From a bacterium (GTDB taxonomy: Bacteria > UBA8248): a DNA stretch of 64,000 nucleotides. Each line of letters begins with the position of its first letter. Positions within the stretch are counted from its first letter, which is position 1. Positions 46,998-59,663 of this stretch are shown here, one piece after another. Under the pieces are notes generated by a model. It had not been told where the DNA came from, made no database searches, and saw nothing but the letters and a program-made list of their open reading frames with translations. The stretch is from contig OY843592.1 of assembly GCA_963692865.2 (NCBI GenBank), forward strand, positions 3,877,599 to 3,941,598, read 5' to 3'. Both the position numbers and the translations under genes were made by a program.

Positions 46998-49900
46998 ATG
47001 ATGAGGAAACCCTTACAAAAACAGGGTCTGTATGATCCTGCCTTCGAACACGACGCTTGCGGCGTTGCTTTCGTCGTGGACATCAAAGGACGCAAGTCCA
47101 ACGACATCATTCAGAAATCCCTTACCGTCTTGCGCAACCTCTCTCACCGGGGCGCCACGGGTTCGGAGAGCAACACGGGAGACGGGGCGGGAATCCTCAT
47201 CCAGATACCCCACAAATTCCTGCGCAAGGTCTGCGAAGCGGAGAAATTCAGGATTCCGGCGGAAGGCCGCTACGGAGTGGGTTCGGTGTTTCTTCCCAAG
47301 TCGCCGAATCAGGCGAACGAATGCGAACAGATATTCGAGTCCATCGTCTACGAGGAAGACGCTGACGTTTTGGGCTGGAGACCCGTTCCGAACGATCTCT
47401 CCGTTATCGGCCCCACGGCTCGCGAGGCCGCGCCCCAATTCCGTCAGGTCTTCATCGGCGGATTCGACGATGGGATCGACGCGATGGGAATCGAGCGCAA
47501 ACTCTACGTCATCAAGAAGCGTGTGGAGCACGCGATCCGCGAGTCGGACGTGCGCGACCGGGACGAGTTCTTCATCCCCTCGCTCTCCGCGCGCACGCTG
47601 GTCTACAAGGGGATGCTCACCGCAAAACAACTGGAGAAAGTATACCCCGATCTGCTCGACCCGGACGTGGAATCGGCCCTCGCGCTCATCCACTCGCGCT
47701 TTTCCACCAACACGTTCCCCTCCTGGCCGCTGGCGCACCCGTACCGCTGCCTCGCCCACAACGGCGAGATCAACACCCTGCGCGGCAACATCAACTGGAT
47801 GCGCGCCAGAGAGACGTTCTGCGAGTCCCCGCACCTGCCCGATCTGGAGAATATCCTGCCCATCATCATCGAGGGCGGAAGCGACTCGGCGATTTTCGAC
47901 AACGTGCTGGAGTTCCTCTACATGGCCGGGCGGGAGATGCCTCACGCCGCCTTGATGATGATCCCCGAACCCTGGGTGGGGCATGAATCGATGAGCGCGG
48001 AGAGAAAGGCGTTCTACGAATTTCACGCCAGCCTCATGGAGCCGTGGGACGGGCCCGCCTGCATCGCGTTCACCGATGGCTCGGTCATCGGCGCGGTGCT
48101 CGACAGAAACGGACTAAGGCCCGCGAGATACTACGTCACGTACGACGATCTGCTCGTCATGGCGTCTGAGGTGGGCGTCCTCGACGTCGCGCCCGAGAAC
48201 GTAAAGCTCAAGGAGCGCCTCCATCCGGGACGCATCCTGCTCGTGGACACCGAGGAAGGCCGCATCGTCGATGAAGAGGAGATCAAGTCGCGCTACGCTT
48301 CCGAGCATCCATACCGCGAGTGGCTGGACGCGCACCTGCTCCATCTCGACGAATTGCCCGACGCCCCGCAACCGCCCGAGTCCGATCACGAGACCATTCT
48401 CAAAAGGCAGAAAGTTTTCGGATACACGCAGGAGGACTTGCGGTTTTTCATCGGTCCGATGGTGAGCCAGAAAAACGACCCCACCGGCTCGATGGGCAAC
48501 GACGCGGCGCTCGCCGTCCTCTCGAACCGCGCCCGTCTTCTATACGACTATTTCAAGCAACTTTTCGCCCAGGTGACGAACCCGCCCATCGACGCGATTC
48601 GCGAGGAGATCATCACGCAGCTATCCTCCACCGTGGGGCCGCAAAAGAACCTCCTGGCGCCGCAACCCGATTCCTGCCGCCAGGTGCAGCTCGATTCGCC
48701 CATCCTCAGCAACGAGGATTTCTACAAGCTCGTGCACATCGAGCAGGCTGATCTGAAGGCCGTCACGCTGCCCATTCTCTTCAGAGCCGAAGACGGCCCC
48801 GGTGGACTCGAGCAGGCGATGGCCGATCTGTGCAGAAAGGCCAGCCGGGCCATCGAACAGGGCTACAGCTTCATCGTCTTGTCGGATCGGGGCGTCTCGA
48901 AGGAGTACGCGCCGATCCCGGCGCTTCTGGCCACCGCAGGCGTCCACCACCATCTCGTGCGCGAGGGAACCCGAACGCGCATCGGGTTGCTCGTCGAGAC
49001 GGGCGAAGCGCGCCAGGTGCACCACATGTGCCTGCTGCTCGGCTTCGGCGCCGCGGCCATCAACCCCTATCTCGTTTTCGAGACCATCGACGACATGATC
49101 CGAAACGGCCTCATCGAGAACATCGACCCCGATACGGCGCGCAAAAACTACATCGCCGCGCTCAACAAGGGCATCCTCAAGGTGATGTCCAAGATGGGCA
49201 TCTCGACCATCCAGTCGTATCGCGGCGCGCAGATATTCGAGGCCATCGGCCTGAAGCGAAATTTCGTGAGGAAATACTTCACCTGGACGGCCTCGCGCAT
49301 CGGTGGAATCGGCATCGACGTCGTGGCCCAGGAGACCTTGAAGCGCCTCAACAACGCCTTTCCCGAGAGGCCCGTCGGCTCCCAGGAACTCGAAGGCGGC
49401 GGCGACATTCAGTGGCGGCGGGACGGGGAATATCATCTGTTCAACCCCGAGACCGTCTTCAAGCTCCAGCACTCCACGATGTCGGGACGCTATGAGATTT
49501 TCAAGGAATACACCGACAAGGTGGACAACCAGAACAAGCATCTGGCCACGCTGCGCGGGCTTCTCGATTTCCGGTGGACGGAAAACCCCGTACCTCTCGA
49601 CGAGGTGGAGCCGGTCGAGGAGATCATGAAGCGCTTCAGCACGGGCGGCATGTCCTACGGCGCCTTGAGTTCCGAAGCCCACGAGGCCCTGGCCATCGCA
49701 TTGAACCGCATCGGCGGCAAGTCCAACTCGGGCGAAGGCGGTGAAGACTCGAATCGCTACACGCCCGATGAGAACGGCGACTTCCGGCGAAGCGCCGTTC
49801 ATCAGGTGGCGTCGGGACGCTTCGGGGTGACGAGCGAGTATCTGGTCAACTGTACGGATCTGCAGATCAAGATGGCGCAGGGCGCGAAGCCCGGCGAGGG

Positions 49901-51557
49901 GGGCCAGCTACCCGGCCACAAGGTCTATCCATGGATAGCCAAGACGAGGCACTCCACGCCCGGCGTGGGCCTTATCTCCCCTCCGCCGCACCACGATATC
50001 TATTCGATTGAGGATCTCGCGCAGCTCATATACGACCTCAAGAATTCGAATCCGCAGGCGGACGTTCACGTGAAGCTCGTCTCCGAAGTCGGCGTCGGCA
50101 CCGTGGCCGCGGGCGTCTCCAAGGCCCACGCCGACACCATCCTCATCTCGGGACACGACGGCGGCACGGGCGCCTCACCCATCACGAGCATCCTCCACGC
50201 AGGCACCCCCTGGGAGCTGGGGCTGGCCGAAACGCAGCAGGTTCTCGTGCTCAACAGGCTGCGCGACAGAGTGGCCGTGCAGGTGGACGGCCAGATGAAG
50301 ACGGGACGCGACGTCATCGTGGGCGCTCTTTTGGGTGCCGATGAGTTCGGTTTTTCCACTGCGCCGCTCGTCGTGATGGGCTGCATCATGATGCGCGTGT
50401 GCCACCTGAACACATGCCCAGTCGGCGTCGCCTCCCAGGACCCGAAGCTGCGCGAGAAATTCGACGGGAGACCTGAGTTCGTGGAGAATTTCTTCCGCTT
50501 CGTCGCCGATGAGGTACGCGAGTACATGGCCGGGCTCGGCTTTCGCACGATGGAGGAGATGATCGGGCGCGTGGACAGGCTCGACACCAAAAAGGCGGTG
50601 AACCACTGGAAGGCGAAAGGCCTCGATTTCTCGGCCATCCTCCACAAGCCCGATGCCGGACCCGACGCGGCGATCCGCCAAATCACCAGGCAGGACCACG
50701 GCCTCGAACGCTCGCTCGACATGCGCGAACTTCTGCCCCGGTGCAAGGAGGCCATCGAGAACAAAGCGCCGGTCGCCTTCGAACTCCCCATCAGAAACAC
50801 GCACCGGACGGTGGGCACCATCACGGGTTCCGAGATAACGCGCAGGCACGGCGGGGAAGGCCTGCCGGAAGACACCATCCGCATCCACTTCACCGGCTCC
50901 GCCGGGCAGAGCTTCGGCGCCTTCATCCCCAAGGGGATGACGCTATCGCTCGAGGGCGACGCCAACGACTACATGGGCAAGGGCCTCTCGGGCGGCAAGC
51001 TGATCGCCTATCCTCCCAAGGGAGCGAGCTTCAAGCCCGAGGAGAACATCATCATCGGCAACGTGGCGCTCTTCGGGGCCACCTCGGGGGAGGCGTATTT
51101 CCGGGGCGTGGCCGGCGAGAGGTTCTGCGTGAGGAACAGCGGCGCGCACACGGTGGTGGAGGGCGTGGGAGACCACGGCTGCGAATACATGACGGGCGGC
51201 CGCGTCGTCATCCTGGGAAAGACGGGCAGGAACTTCGCCGCGGGCATGTCTGGAGGCGTGGCCTACGTGCTGGACGATGCGGGCGATTTCGCCAGGCGCT
51301 GCAACACGGAAATGGTGGAGGTCGAGCCGCTCCAGGCACCCGACGACGTCGAGGAGGTGAAGGATATCATCAAGAAGCACATCGAATACACGGACAGCGC
51401 GCGGGCGAGGGAGATTCTCGACGCCTGGGACGAGAACCAGCCGCGATTCGCCAAAGTGATGCCGCGCGACTACAAGCGTGCGCTCACCGCGATTGAAGAA
51501 GCGAAGGAAAAAGGCATCCCGTGGGAGGAAGCGGTCATGGAGGGCGCCCATGGGTAA
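46998..51557 (+). CDS. gltB: glutamate synthase large subunit
   Basis: [43 protein letters not shown]. Confidence 0.97.
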   Translation: MMRKPLQKQGLYDPAFEHDACGVAFVVDIKGRKSNDIIQKSLTVLRNLSHRGATGSESNTGDGAGILIQIPHKFLRKVCEAEKFRIPAEGRYGVGSVFLPKSPNQANECEQIFESIVYEEDADVLGWRPVPNDLSVIGPTAREAAPQFRQVFIGGFDDGIDAMGIERKLYVIKKRVEHAIRESDVRDRDEFFIPSLSARTLVYKGMLTAKQLEKVYPDLLDPDVESALALIHSRFSTNTFPSWPLAHPYRCLAHNGEINTLRGNINWMRARETFCESPHLPDLENILPIIIEGGSDSAIFDNVLEFLYMAGREMPHAALMMIPEPWVGHESMSAERKAFYEFHASLMEPWDGPACIAFTDGSVIGAVLDRNGLRPARYYVTYDDLLVMASEVGVLDVAPENVKLKERLHPGRILLVDTEEGRIVDEEEIKSRYASEHPYREWLDAHLLHLDELPDAPQPPESDHETILKRQKVFGYTQEDLRFFIGPMVSQKNDPTGSMGNDAALAVLSNRARLLYDYFKQLFAQVTNPPIDAIREEIITQLSSTVGPQKNLLAPQPDSCRQVQLDSPILSNEDFYKLVHIEQADLKAVTLPILFRAEDGPGGLEQAMADLCRKASRAIEQGYSFIVLSDRGVSKEYAPIPALLATAGVHHHLVREGTRTRIGLLVETGEARQVHHMCLLLGFGAAAINPYLVFETIDDMIRNGLIENIDPDTARKNYIAALNKGILKVMSKMGISTIQSYRGAQIFEAIGLKRNFVRKYFTWTASRIGGIGIDVVAQETLKRLNNAFPERPVGSQELEGGGDIQWRRDGEYHLFNPETVFKLQHSTMSGRYEIFKEYTDKVDNQNKHLATLRGLLDFRWTENPVPLDEVEPVEEIMKRFSTGGMSYGALSSEAHEALAIALNRIGGKSNSGEGGEDSNRYTPDENGDFRRSAVHQVASGRFGVTSEYLVNCTDLQIKMAQGAKPGEGGQLPGHKVYPWIAKTRHSTPGVGLISPPPHHDIYSIEDLAQLIYDLKNSNPQADVHVKLVSEVGVGTVAAGVSKAHADTILISGHDGGTGASPITSILHAGTPWELGLAETQQVLVLNRLRDRVAVQVDGQMKTGRDVIVGALLGADEFGFSTAPLVVMGCIMMRVCHLNTCPVGVASQDPKLREKFDGRPEFVENFFRFVADEVREYMAGLGFRTMEEMIGRVDRLDTKKAVNHWKAKGLDFSAILHKPDAGPDAAIRQITRQDHGLERSLDMRELLPRCKEAIENKAPVAFELPIRNTHRTVGTITGSEITRRHGGEGLPEDTIRIHFTGSAGQSFGAFIPKGMTLSLEGDANDYMGKGLSGGKLIAYPPKGASFKPEENIIIGNVALFGATSGEAYFRGVAGERFCVRNSGAHTVVEGVGDHGCEYMTGGRVVILGKTGRNFAAGMSGGVAYVLDDAGDFARRCNTEMVEVEPLQAPDDVEEVKDIIKKHIEYTDSARAREILDAWDENQPRFAKVMPRDYKRALTAIEEAKEKGIPWEEAVMEGAHG

Positions 51558-53001
51558 GCCGACGGGCTTTGTGGAATTCGGCCGGGAAGCGCCCAAGACG
51601 AGGCCAGTGGAAGAACGCGTCCACGACTGGGACGTGGTCTACCTCCCCACGCCGCACGAGACGCTCCAGCGCCAGGGCGCGCGATGCATGGATTGCGGCA
51701 TTCCCTTCTGCCACGAGGGATGCCCGCTGGGAAACCTGATTCCCGACTGGAACGATCTGGTCTACCGGGATTTGTGGAAAGACGCCATCGACAGGCTCCA
51801 CGCGACGAACAATTTCCCCGAGTTCACCGGCTGGCTCTGCCCCGCGCCGTGCGAGGATTCCTGCGTCCTCACGATCAACGACTCTCCGGTGACGATCAAG
51901 GAGATCGAAAAATCCGTCATCGAGCACGCCTTTGAACAAGGCTGGGTGGAGGCGGCTCCGCCTGCGGTGCGCACCGGCAAGAAGGCCGCCGTCGTGGGTT
52001 CGGGCCCGGCGGGTCTGGCCGCCGCCCAGCAACTCAACTGGGCGGGGCACCACGTCACCGTGTTCGAGCGGGACGATAAGCTCGGCGGCCTCATGCGCTA
52101 CGGGATACCCGATTTCAAAATGGACAAGACCTACATCGACCGGCGTACGCGGCAGATGGAGGAAGAGGGCGTTACGTTCCAAGTGAACGCGGACGTGGGC
52201 GTCGACCCCAAGGTCTCCGAGCTACAGGAAGAATTCGACGCCATCGTGCTGGCCGCAGGCGCTTTGCAGCACAGGGATCTGCAGATTCCGGGCCGCGAGA
52301 TGGACGGCATCCACTTCGGTATGCGCTACCTCACCATGCAGAATCGGAGGCTCGCCGGCGAGGACATACCGGATGAGGATTTCATCACCGCGAAGGACAA
52401 GCACGTGGTCGTCATCGGCGGCGGCGATACGGGCGCGGACTGCGTGGGCACCGCGCACAGGCAAGGGGCGAAAGCCGTCCGCCAGTTCCAGTACCACCCG
52501 CGCCCCCCGGACAAGCGGGACCCGCTGAACGACCCCTGGCCGAACTACGCGAACATCTTTCGCACGGCGCCCATGTACGAAGAGGGCGGGGAGCGCATCT
52601 TCCAGATTCAGACCCGCCGGTTCCTGGGCGAAAACGGCCGCGTCAAGAAAATCGATACCGTAAAAGTGAACGAATCCCATGATGAAAACGGCAGAATCGT
52701 TTTCACCGAGATTCCGGGCACGGAAGAGGAAATCGACGCGGATCTCGTCCTCCTGGCAATCGGCTTCCAAGGTCCCGACTGCCACCCGCTTCTGGATGAG
52801 TTGGCGCTCGAGCGCACCGGGCGCGGCGCGGTGAGCCGAGATGAGCGATGGATGACGAGCGCGCCAGGCGTTTTCGTGGCGGGCGACATGATGCGCGGCG
52901 CGTCTCTGGTGGTCTGGGCGATAGCGGATGGACGCTCCTGCGCCCGCGCCGTGGACGAATACCTCATGGGAGAGTCCCACCTGCCCGCCCCGCTGGACTA
53001 G
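51550..53001 (+). CDS. gltD: glutamate synthase small subunit
   Basis: [33 protein letters not shown]. Confidence 0.96.
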   Translation: MGKPTGFVEFGREAPKTRPVEERVHDWDVVYLPTPHETLQRQGARCMDCGIPFCHEGCPLGNLIPDWNDLVYRDLWKDAIDRLHATNNFPEFTGWLCPAPCEDSCVLTINDSPVTIKEIEKSVIEHAFEQGWVEAAPPAVRTGKKAAVVGSGPAGLAAAQQLNWAGHHVTVFERDDKLGGLMRYGIPDFKMDKTYIDRRTRQMEEEGVTFQVNADVGVDPKVSELQEEFDAIVLAAGALQHRDLQIPGREMDGIHFGMRYLTMQNRRLAGEDIPDEDFITAKDKHVVVIGGGDTGADCVGTAHRQGAKAVRQFQYHPRPPDKRDPLNDPWPNYANIFRTAPMYEEGGERIFQIQTRRFLGENGRVKKIDTVKVNESHDENGRIVFTEIPGTEEEIDADLVLLAIGFQGPDCHPLLDELALERTGRGAVSRDERWMTSAPGVFVAGDMMRGASLVVWAIADGRSCARAVDEYLMGESHLPAPLD

Positions 53002-53018
53002 GCCCGCATCGGGAAAAC

Positions 53019-53924
53019 CTACCTGCGCCAGCCCAGCCTGTCCGCGATGCGCAGGACGATGTCCGAGCGGTTGAGCGCGTAGACGTGGAAATGCCGGGCG
53101 CCCATCTCCATCAACTCCTGAATCTGGGCGGCCGCCAGATCGGCCGATTTTTCCTGAAAGGCCTCAGGGTCATCCTCGCAGGGCGTTAACGCCTCGACGA
53201 CGCTTCCGGGCACGCTCGCCCCGCATTTTTTTGCAAAACGCTGCACCTGGCCCAAGTCGCGCACGGGCAGAATGCCGGGCGCCAGAGGAATCATAACGCT
53301 TCGCATCGCCATCTGCTCCATGAACTGCTCCCAGAGGTGCGCTTCAAAGAAAAACTGCGAAGCCGCGTAGTCGGCCCCTTCCTCGACCTTGCGGACGAAG
53401 TGATCCATGTCCGCGCCCTTATCGGGCGTTTCGGGATGGCCCTCGGGGTAGCAGGCCACGCCGATGGAGGAGAACCCGCCCAGGTTCCTCAGCCAGCGCA
53501 CGAGGTCCGCGGCGTAGCGGAACCCGCCGGACTCGGCTTCTTCGCGCGTCATGTCCTCAGGGATGTCTCCCCGAAGCGCCAAGATGTCGCGCACTCCGTT
53601 TTGCTGGTAGACGGCCATCAGGCTCGATATTTCAGCCTCGTTCGCGCCCACGCCGGTGAGATGCGCCACCACGCGGCCCGGATAGCGCCCCGCGAGTTCG
53701 AGCACGAGTTCGAGCGTGCCCTCCTGCGTGGAGCCGCCCGCCCCGTATGTCACCGAGGTGAAGGCCACGTCCATCGCGTCCTGAATCGCCGCCACCTCGC
53801 GCAGGACGCGCTCCACCGCCTTGTCCCCCTTGGGCGGATAGAGTTCGATGGATACGCTCACTTGCTCTGAGGCGATGCTCTCGATGATGGCGGACAATCC
53901 ATTACCCCTTCCCAACCCCCGCAC
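53019..53924 (-). CDS. metF: 5,10-methylenetetrahydrofolate reductase
   Basis: SIELYPPK, SVTYGAGGS, ALRGD, YPEGHPE. Confidence 0.92.
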   Translation of the reverse strand: MRGLGRGNGLSAIIESIASEQVSVSIELYPPKGDKAVERVLREVAAIQDAMDVAFTSVTYGAGGSTQEGTLELVLELAGRYPGRVVAHLTGVGANEAEISSLMAVYQQNGVRDILALRGDIPEDMTREEAESGGFRYAADLVRWLRNLGGFSSIGVACYPEGHPETPDKGADMDHFVRKVEEGADYAASQFFFEAHLWEQFMEQMAMRSVMIPLAPGILPVRDLGQVQRFAKKCGASVPGSVVEALTPCEDDPEAFQEKSADLAAAQIQELMEMGARHFHVYALNRSDIVLRIADRLGWRR

Positions 53925-53950
53925 AGGGATGCCGGGCGCATGAGATACGC

Positions 53951-53986
53951 AAAAAAACGGGCGCGGGGCATGTCCACCCCGCGCCC
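53951..53986 (-). terminator. intrinsic terminator of sod-peroxiredoxin
   Basis: GGGCGCGGGG/CCCCGCGCCC stem followed by T7 on minus strand. Confidence 0.8.
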
Positions 53987-54010
53987 TCGAACACGAAACT
54001 CAAAAACAGA

Positions 54011-54475
54011 CTAACCCAAGCCCTCGATGGCCGCGAAGAGTTTATCGTCGTCGGGTTTCTCGGGCGGCGCGGCCGTCACCTCCATATAGGCGACGTTCCC
54101 GCTCTTGTCGATGAGAACCACCGCGCGGTTGCTGAAGCCCTTGTCGTTCAGAAGGCCGTAGGCCGCGCACGTTCCCTTGCCGAAAAAATCGCTCAGCAGC
54201 GGGAACTCGATGCCGTATTTCTCGGCCCAGGCGGCGTGCGCGAACGGGCTGTCCACGCTGATGCCGATGACCTCGCAGTCGGCGGCGTCGAACTTCGCCT
54301 TCTCCGCCTGATAGGCGGGCAACTGCTCGCTGCACACGGAGGAGAAATCGAACGGATAGAAGCAAAGAAGCACGTTCTTCTTGCCGCGGTAATCGCTCAG
54401 CCTGATCGTGTCGCCCTCGGCGAGGGTTCTCGGCAGCTCGAAATCGGGAGCCGCATCACCTACGTTCAAAGCCAT
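54011..54475 (-). CDS. peroxiredoxin (AhpE/AhpC-TSA family)
   Basis: [27 protein letters not shown]. Confidence 0.9.
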   Translation of the reverse strand: MALNVGDAAPDFELPRTLAEGDTIRLSDYRGKKNVLLCFYPFDFSSVCSEQLPAYQAEKAKFDAADCEVIGISVDSPFAHAAWAEKYGIEFPLLSDFFGKGTCAAYGLLNDKGFSNRAVVLIDKSGNVAYMEVTAAPPEKPDDDKLFAAIEGLG

Positions 54476-54487
54476 GAGACAGCCCTC

Positions 54488-55075
<588 letters not shown>

Positions 55076-55323
55076 TTCGTTTTCTCCTTGATGGGAATGG
55101 AACGTTCCGATTCAGGTGTTGAAAATCAATCCACAGGGGCCGCGGCCCCGAAAAATCATAAAATCCCGCCCGATCGCATGAACGGCGAAACGAGACGCTG
55201 CGGATATGTTTTCCGTTTTGTGAAAATTCGTATCTCTGCCCTGTTTCGCAAGCGCGCGTATTCTACTTTCAGGGATCGCTTCGCGTCAAATCGCATCATT
55301 GGCGAACAAAACCCGCCTTCCGG

Positions 55324-56223
55324 CTATTCGGGCGCACCCATCTTCTGAATCTGGTCAAAATCACGGTAGAGCAGCGTCAGGTCTTCCTCGATCATCCCCC
55401 GCTCGACGGCCTTCCTCAGGAACGAGAGCGTGTGCTCGGCGAGCTGGACGTCGGCGCCTCGCTTTCGTCCGATGCCCACGGCGAGACCAACGTCTTTTTG
55501 CAGGTTGTAGATGCGCGCCTGCCCGTTCCACGCCCCCGAGAGGATGTTGTTCGGAAAGCGGTGGCGGCTCGCGTAGCTGTAGGCCGTCGATGCGTTGAAG
55601 ATGTCGATCATGTCCTCGACGCGCATCCCGAGGCGTTCGACGAGTCGCGCTCCCTCGCACGTCGCCAGGAACATCGTGTGGAGCACCATGTTGTGGATGA
55701 GCTTCATGGTGTGGCCCGAACCCAGCGCGCCCAGATGGAAGGTGTGGTCCACGAAGGGTTTCAGGTATCGCCTCGTGCGCTTGAGGAGCTTCTCGTCCCC
55801 TCCGATCATCAAGGTCAGCTTCCCCTCCAGGATGTTGCCGGGGCCGCCGCTCATGCCGGCGTCTAAATAGCCCAGCCCCGCGCGCTCGGCGCGCTTCGCG
55901 AGACGCTTCGTCTTGGCCGGGTCGGACGTCGTGAGGTCGTAGACGACGAGGCCTTTCCTCGGGTTTTTGAGCAGTCCGTCTTTTCCCTTGAAACACGCAG
56001 CTATCTCACTTGAGGAGGGCACGACGAAGAAGACGACCGCGCAGGACTCGCCCATCTCGCGCGGCGTGGCGATGGTTGCGCCCTCGGTATCCTCGAAGGG
56101 CCCCCGCCTGTCTTTCGAGACGTCCCAGACCATCAAGGGCATCTTCGCTCCGATGAACCGTTGCGCCACGGGGTTGCCCATGCGGCCCAGGCCGATGACG
56201 CCCACGCGGTTTCTTTTCGCCAT
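55324..56223 (-). CDS. NAD(P)-dependent oxidoreductase, 3-hydroxyisobutyrate dehydrogenase family
   Basis: VIGLGRMG, LDAGMSGG, MKLIHN. Confidence 0.88.
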   Translation of the reverse strand: MAKRNRVGVIGLGRMGNPVAQRFIGAKMPLMVWDVSKDRRGPFEDTEGATIATPREMGESCAVVFFVVPSSSEIAACFKGKDGLLKNPRKGLVVYDLTTSDPAKTKRLAKRAERAGLGYLDAGMSGGPGNILEGKLTLMIGGDEKLLKRTRRYLKPFVDHTFHLGALGSGHTMKLIHNMVLHTMFLATCEGARLVERLGMRVEDMIDIFNASTAYSYASRHRFPNNILSGAWNGQARIYNLQKDVGLAVGIGRKRGADVQLAEHTLSFLRKAVERGMIEEDLTLLYRDFDQIQKMGAPE

Positions 56224-56261
56224 GAAACACCTCGGAGAATCGAGAAAATGAAGGAATATGA

Positions 56262-56338
56262 TGGAGCCGACGACCGGACTTGAACCGGTGACCTGCTGAT
56301 TACGAATCAGCTGCTCTACCTGTCTGAGCTACGTCGGC
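56262..56338 (-). tRNA. tRNA-Thr(CGT)
   Basis: GCCGACG acceptor, CTGAT-TCGTA-ATCAG anticodon region, GGTTCAAGTCC T arm, encoded CCA. Confidence 0.95.
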
Positions 56339-56523
56339 AAGAAGGAGCATGCAACCCTGGTGAGGTTCCGCGTTCCCCATGAGGGTGGTATTGAACACGC
56401 CGCCCCCGCCTTCGTCAAGCCGAAAGAGGGCCGGACGGCCTGAAACGCGGAGCCGCGCCCGCCCGCGGTTTGCCAATCCGGCTTGACTTACGGGCCGCCG
56501 CGTCGTAAATCTCTTTTCTCTTC

Positions 56524-56599
<76 letters not shown>

Positions 56600-56762
56600 C
56601 AAATCGCCCCGAATCCGTTCGGGTTTCATACTATTTCTCACAGGAACGCCCGGCCGACGGCATGGGCGGGCGGGGATGCGCCCTCCCCCCGGATGGGGGC
56701 CGGTTCGCGCGCTTGTAGCCACTCCCCGGCCGGCTTCCGCACCGACAAGATGGAGACCGAAG

Positions 56763-57146
56763 ATGGACGACGCCGAGAAGAAGGCCTTGATCGAGAAGAC
56801 CGTCGCCGACCGCGGCTGGGTGCTGCCCGAACAGGAGTTTTACATCAACAAAGACCCCGAATATCACGTGCGCCAAAGCGCGCTCTATAACCACGTCATC
56901 AAGCGCGAGGGCGCGCTCCCCGAGAAGATGCGCGAGCTCATCATCATCACCGCCCTTTGCGTGCGCCTGCCGGGGACCGAGGTGGAGACCTACGTCAAGA
57001 ACCACATCCGCCGCGCGCTGGACCTGGGCGCCACCGAGGATGAGATATTCGAGGCCGTTCAGTGCCTCATCTTCCCGGCCGGCGGCCCCTCGCTGATGAT
57101 GGGCATCAAGTGCCTGCGCGCCGTCCTGGAAGAACGGAAGTCTTAA
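56763..57146 (+). CDS. carboxymuconolactone decarboxylase (CMD) family protein
   Basis: LPEKMRELIII, HIRRALDLGATEDEIFEA, PAGGP. Confidence 0.8.
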   Translation: MDDAEKKALIEKTVADRGWVLPEQEFYINKDPEYHVRQSALYNHVIKREGALPEKMRELIIITALCVRLPGTEVETYVKNHIRRALDLGATEDEIFEAVQCLIFPAGGPSLMMGIKCLRAVLEERKS

Positions 57147-57179
57147 TATCCATTATTCGACATCCCTGGGGGAGGCAAC

Positions 57180-57917
57180 ATGGACAGAAGCATCTGGGCG
57201 ACCTGGTACGACCTGGCCCGAGAAGACGAGGCCGAATACAACGACTGGCTCCACCACACCCACATCAAGGACGCGCTCAAGCGCCCCGGCTACATGTGGG
57301 CGGCCCACTACGAACTCGTGGACAGGGAATCGCCCAAATCGAAGCGAAAAGACCACCTGGCCTACACGGACGACCCCTCGATCCCCGGCGGCACGGAGTT
57401 TCTGCTGCTCTTCGGCGGGACGAGCGCGGAGGTTTTCCTGAGTCCCAACCCGGCCCAACTCGCGGAGACCTATTCCGATGAGACGAAGACGATGATCGCC
57501 AGGAGAATCGGCGAGCGCACGGGCATCTTCACCGAAGTGGACAGGGTGAACGGCCCCGACGCCGCCACGCGCGCTCTGGGCGGCGTGCCGGCGCCGATAG
57601 TCCAGATGGGCACGTTCAACTGCTTCACGCCCGAGGATGATTTTGATCTCAGTTCCTGGTACGCGCAGGACCGCCTGCCCGCGATGAAGTACATGCGCGG
57701 CTGCGTGGGCACGCGAAAGCTCGTCTCGGTGGCGGGATGGGCGAAGCACAGCATTTTCTATGAGTTCTCATCGCTGGAGAAGGTGCTCGAGCACTTCCCG
57801 CGCGCGGACAAGCTCTTCCCCGGCGAGAACGACTGGTCGTACCACGTGTGCCAGCGCCTGCTCCACGCGCCCGGCTCGCCCACGCGCGGCAAGCGCATCT
57901 GGCCCCCCGTAGAATGA
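57180..57917 (+). CDS. hypothetical protein, duplicated EthD/DUF4286-like barrel
   Basis: Two repeats: EYNDWLHHTHI...RPG and SSWYAQDRLP...RG. Confidence 0.65.
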   Translation: MDRSIWATWYDLAREDEAEYNDWLHHTHIKDALKRPGYMWAAHYELVDRESPKSKRKDHLAYTDDPSIPGGTEFLLLFGGTSAEVFLSPNPAQLAETYSDETKTMIARRIGERTGIFTEVDRVNGPDAATRALGGVPAPIVQMGTFNCFTPEDDFDLSSWYAQDRLPAMKYMRGCVGTRKLVSVAGWAKHSIFYEFSSLEKVLEHFPRADKLFPGENDWSYHVCQRLLHAPGSPTRGKRIWPPVE

Positions 57918-57933
57918 GCAAGGGGGCGCAAGA

Positions 57934-58599
57934 ATGAGCTATATGAAACCGATACCGGTCGAGGAGGCGGAAGGCGAGGCCGCGAAACTCTTCGAGGGCG
58001 TGACGAAGATGCTCGGCCGCGTGGCGAATTCCTTCGCCGTCATGGCCTATCAGCCTCACGTCGCCAAGGTCATCCTGCCCCTCACGGTCACCCTCATGCG
58101 CGAGGGGCTGGGCACGGTGCTGCCCACCAGGATCAAGGAAATCGCCGTCATCAAGACGAGCCACCTGAACGGTTGCGACTACTGACTCGGGCACAACACG
58201 GCGCTCGGTCGAGACGCCGGAGTCACCGAAGAGCAGGTGCGCGAAATCTGCTCGGACGCCTATATGGATTCAAAGACGATGACCCCAAGGGAGAAGGCCG
58301 CCGTCCTGTGGGCGGAGCACGTGACGCGCAACACCGCCAAGACGCGCGACGACGTGTTCTGCGAGGTGAGACGGCACTTCGATGACCGCGAATTCGTCGA
58401 ACTCACGATGGTCATCACCTACTTCAACATGAGAAACCGCTTTCAGGACGCCCTGCGCATTCCGCTCGATGAGCCGAAAACGATATCGGGCATCACCATC
58501 GGGCGCAGGCAGGACCCCGAGAACCTCAAGAACTATCTCGAAGATATGGCGGCGAATTGGCCCGAGAGTTTCCCGGGGCCGAAAGAGGGGGATGATTAA
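57934..58599 (+). CDS. AhpD/CMD-family selenoprotein (CxxU, Sec at TGA 58183-58185)
   Basis: SHLNGCDY-U-LGHN in frame with ORF 58237-58599; matches the AhpD CxxC..H motif; hairpin downstream. Confidence 0.85.
58199..58219 (+). promoter_or_regulatory. candidate bacterial SECIS hairpin
   Basis: CGGCG-CTC-GGTC-GAG-A-CGCCG starting 13 nt after UGA. Confidence 0.6.
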
Positions 58600-58696
58600 G
58601 CCGACCGGACGCAACAAGCGCATCCGCCCCTGAGGAGTGAATTGACAAAAAACGAACAAGATACGAAAATGCTCCTGCTTTCTTGACAACATCATC

Positions 58697-59659
58697 GTGA
58701 TTAGAGACACTGCCTACGAAACAGGAGCAAGTGAAATGCCTCAGAGTTCGCCCGGCACTATCCACCAGAAAGACTGCACCCAGGACCAAAAACCAGTGGA
58801 ATCCAAAGATTCACATGCCGCAACCTTGCCGATTACAGAGAGCGTAACGCGCAATACGCTCTACTGCGGGGATTGCCTCGACGTAATGGGTGCCATGCCG
58901 GCTGAATGCGTGGACCTCATCATCACGTCCCCGCCTTATGCGAATCAGCGAGCGGCCACTTACGGGGGCGTGAAGCCTGATGATTACGTGGAGTGGTTCC
59001 TGCCCATCGTCGCCGAGATGCGGAGGGTGCTGAAAAAAACCGGCACCTTCATCCTGAACATCAAGGAGCCCGCGGTCAACGGCGAACGGCACACCCACGT
59101 CCTTGAACTGATACTGGAAATGCGCGAACAGGGATGGTTCTGGACCGAGGAATTCATCTGGCACAAGAAGAACTGCTACCCCGGCAAATGGCCCAATCGT
59201 TTCCGTGACGCCTGGGAACGTCTCTTGCAGTTCAACAAACAACGCAAATTCAAGATGAACCAATCCAACGTGATGATTCCCGTCGGTGAATGGTACGAAA
59301 GCCGAATGAACAACCTCAGCGCAACCGACCGCACGCGCGATGAATCCAAAGTCGGCAGTGGATTCGGAAAAAAAGTGGAAAACTGGCTGGGACGGGACAT
59401 GGTTTATCCCACCAATGTGTTGCATCGCGCCACGGAGTGCGGCAATCGAGAACACAGCGCCGTATTTCCCCATTGGCTTCCGGAATGGTTCATCGACCTC
59501 TTCACCGATCCGGGAGATGTCGTACTCGACCCGTTCATCGGCTCCGGCACCACGGCGTTCGCCGCTCTGAATAAAAGCCGCCACGTAATCGGCATCGAAA
59601 AACACGAGCCTTATTACCAGAGCTTGAAACAGAGACTGGAACAAGAATTAAGCTGGTAA
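58697..59659 (+). CDS. type II R-M DNA methyltransferase (beta class)
   Basis: ITSPPY, LDPFIGSGTT; adjacent to endonuclease; start uncertain. Confidence 0.9.
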   Translation: MIRDTAYETGASEMPQSSPGTIHQKDCTQDQKPVESKDSHAATLPITESVTRNTLYCGDCLDVMGAMPAECVDLIITSPPYANQRAATYGGVKPDDYVEWFLPIVAEMRRVLKKTGTFILNIKEPAVNGERHTHVLELILEMREQGWFWTEEFIWHKKNCYPGKWPNRFRDAWERLLQFNKQRKFKMNQSNVMIPVGEWYESRMNNLSATDRTRDESKVGSGFGKKVENWLGRDMVYPTNVLHRATECGNREHSAVFPHWLPEWFIDLFTDPGDVVLDPFIGSGTTAFAALNKSRHVIGIEKHEPYYQSLKQRLEQELSW

Positions 59660-59663
59660 ATAT

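Noticed and set aside
53925-54010. SAM riboswitch upstream of metF
   Set aside because: Only a terminator hairpin belonging to sod-peroxiredoxin is visible; no recognisable aptamer.
54011-54475. Selenocysteine in the peroxiredoxin
   Set aside because: Peroxidatic residue is a normal Cys codon and the frame is uninterrupted.
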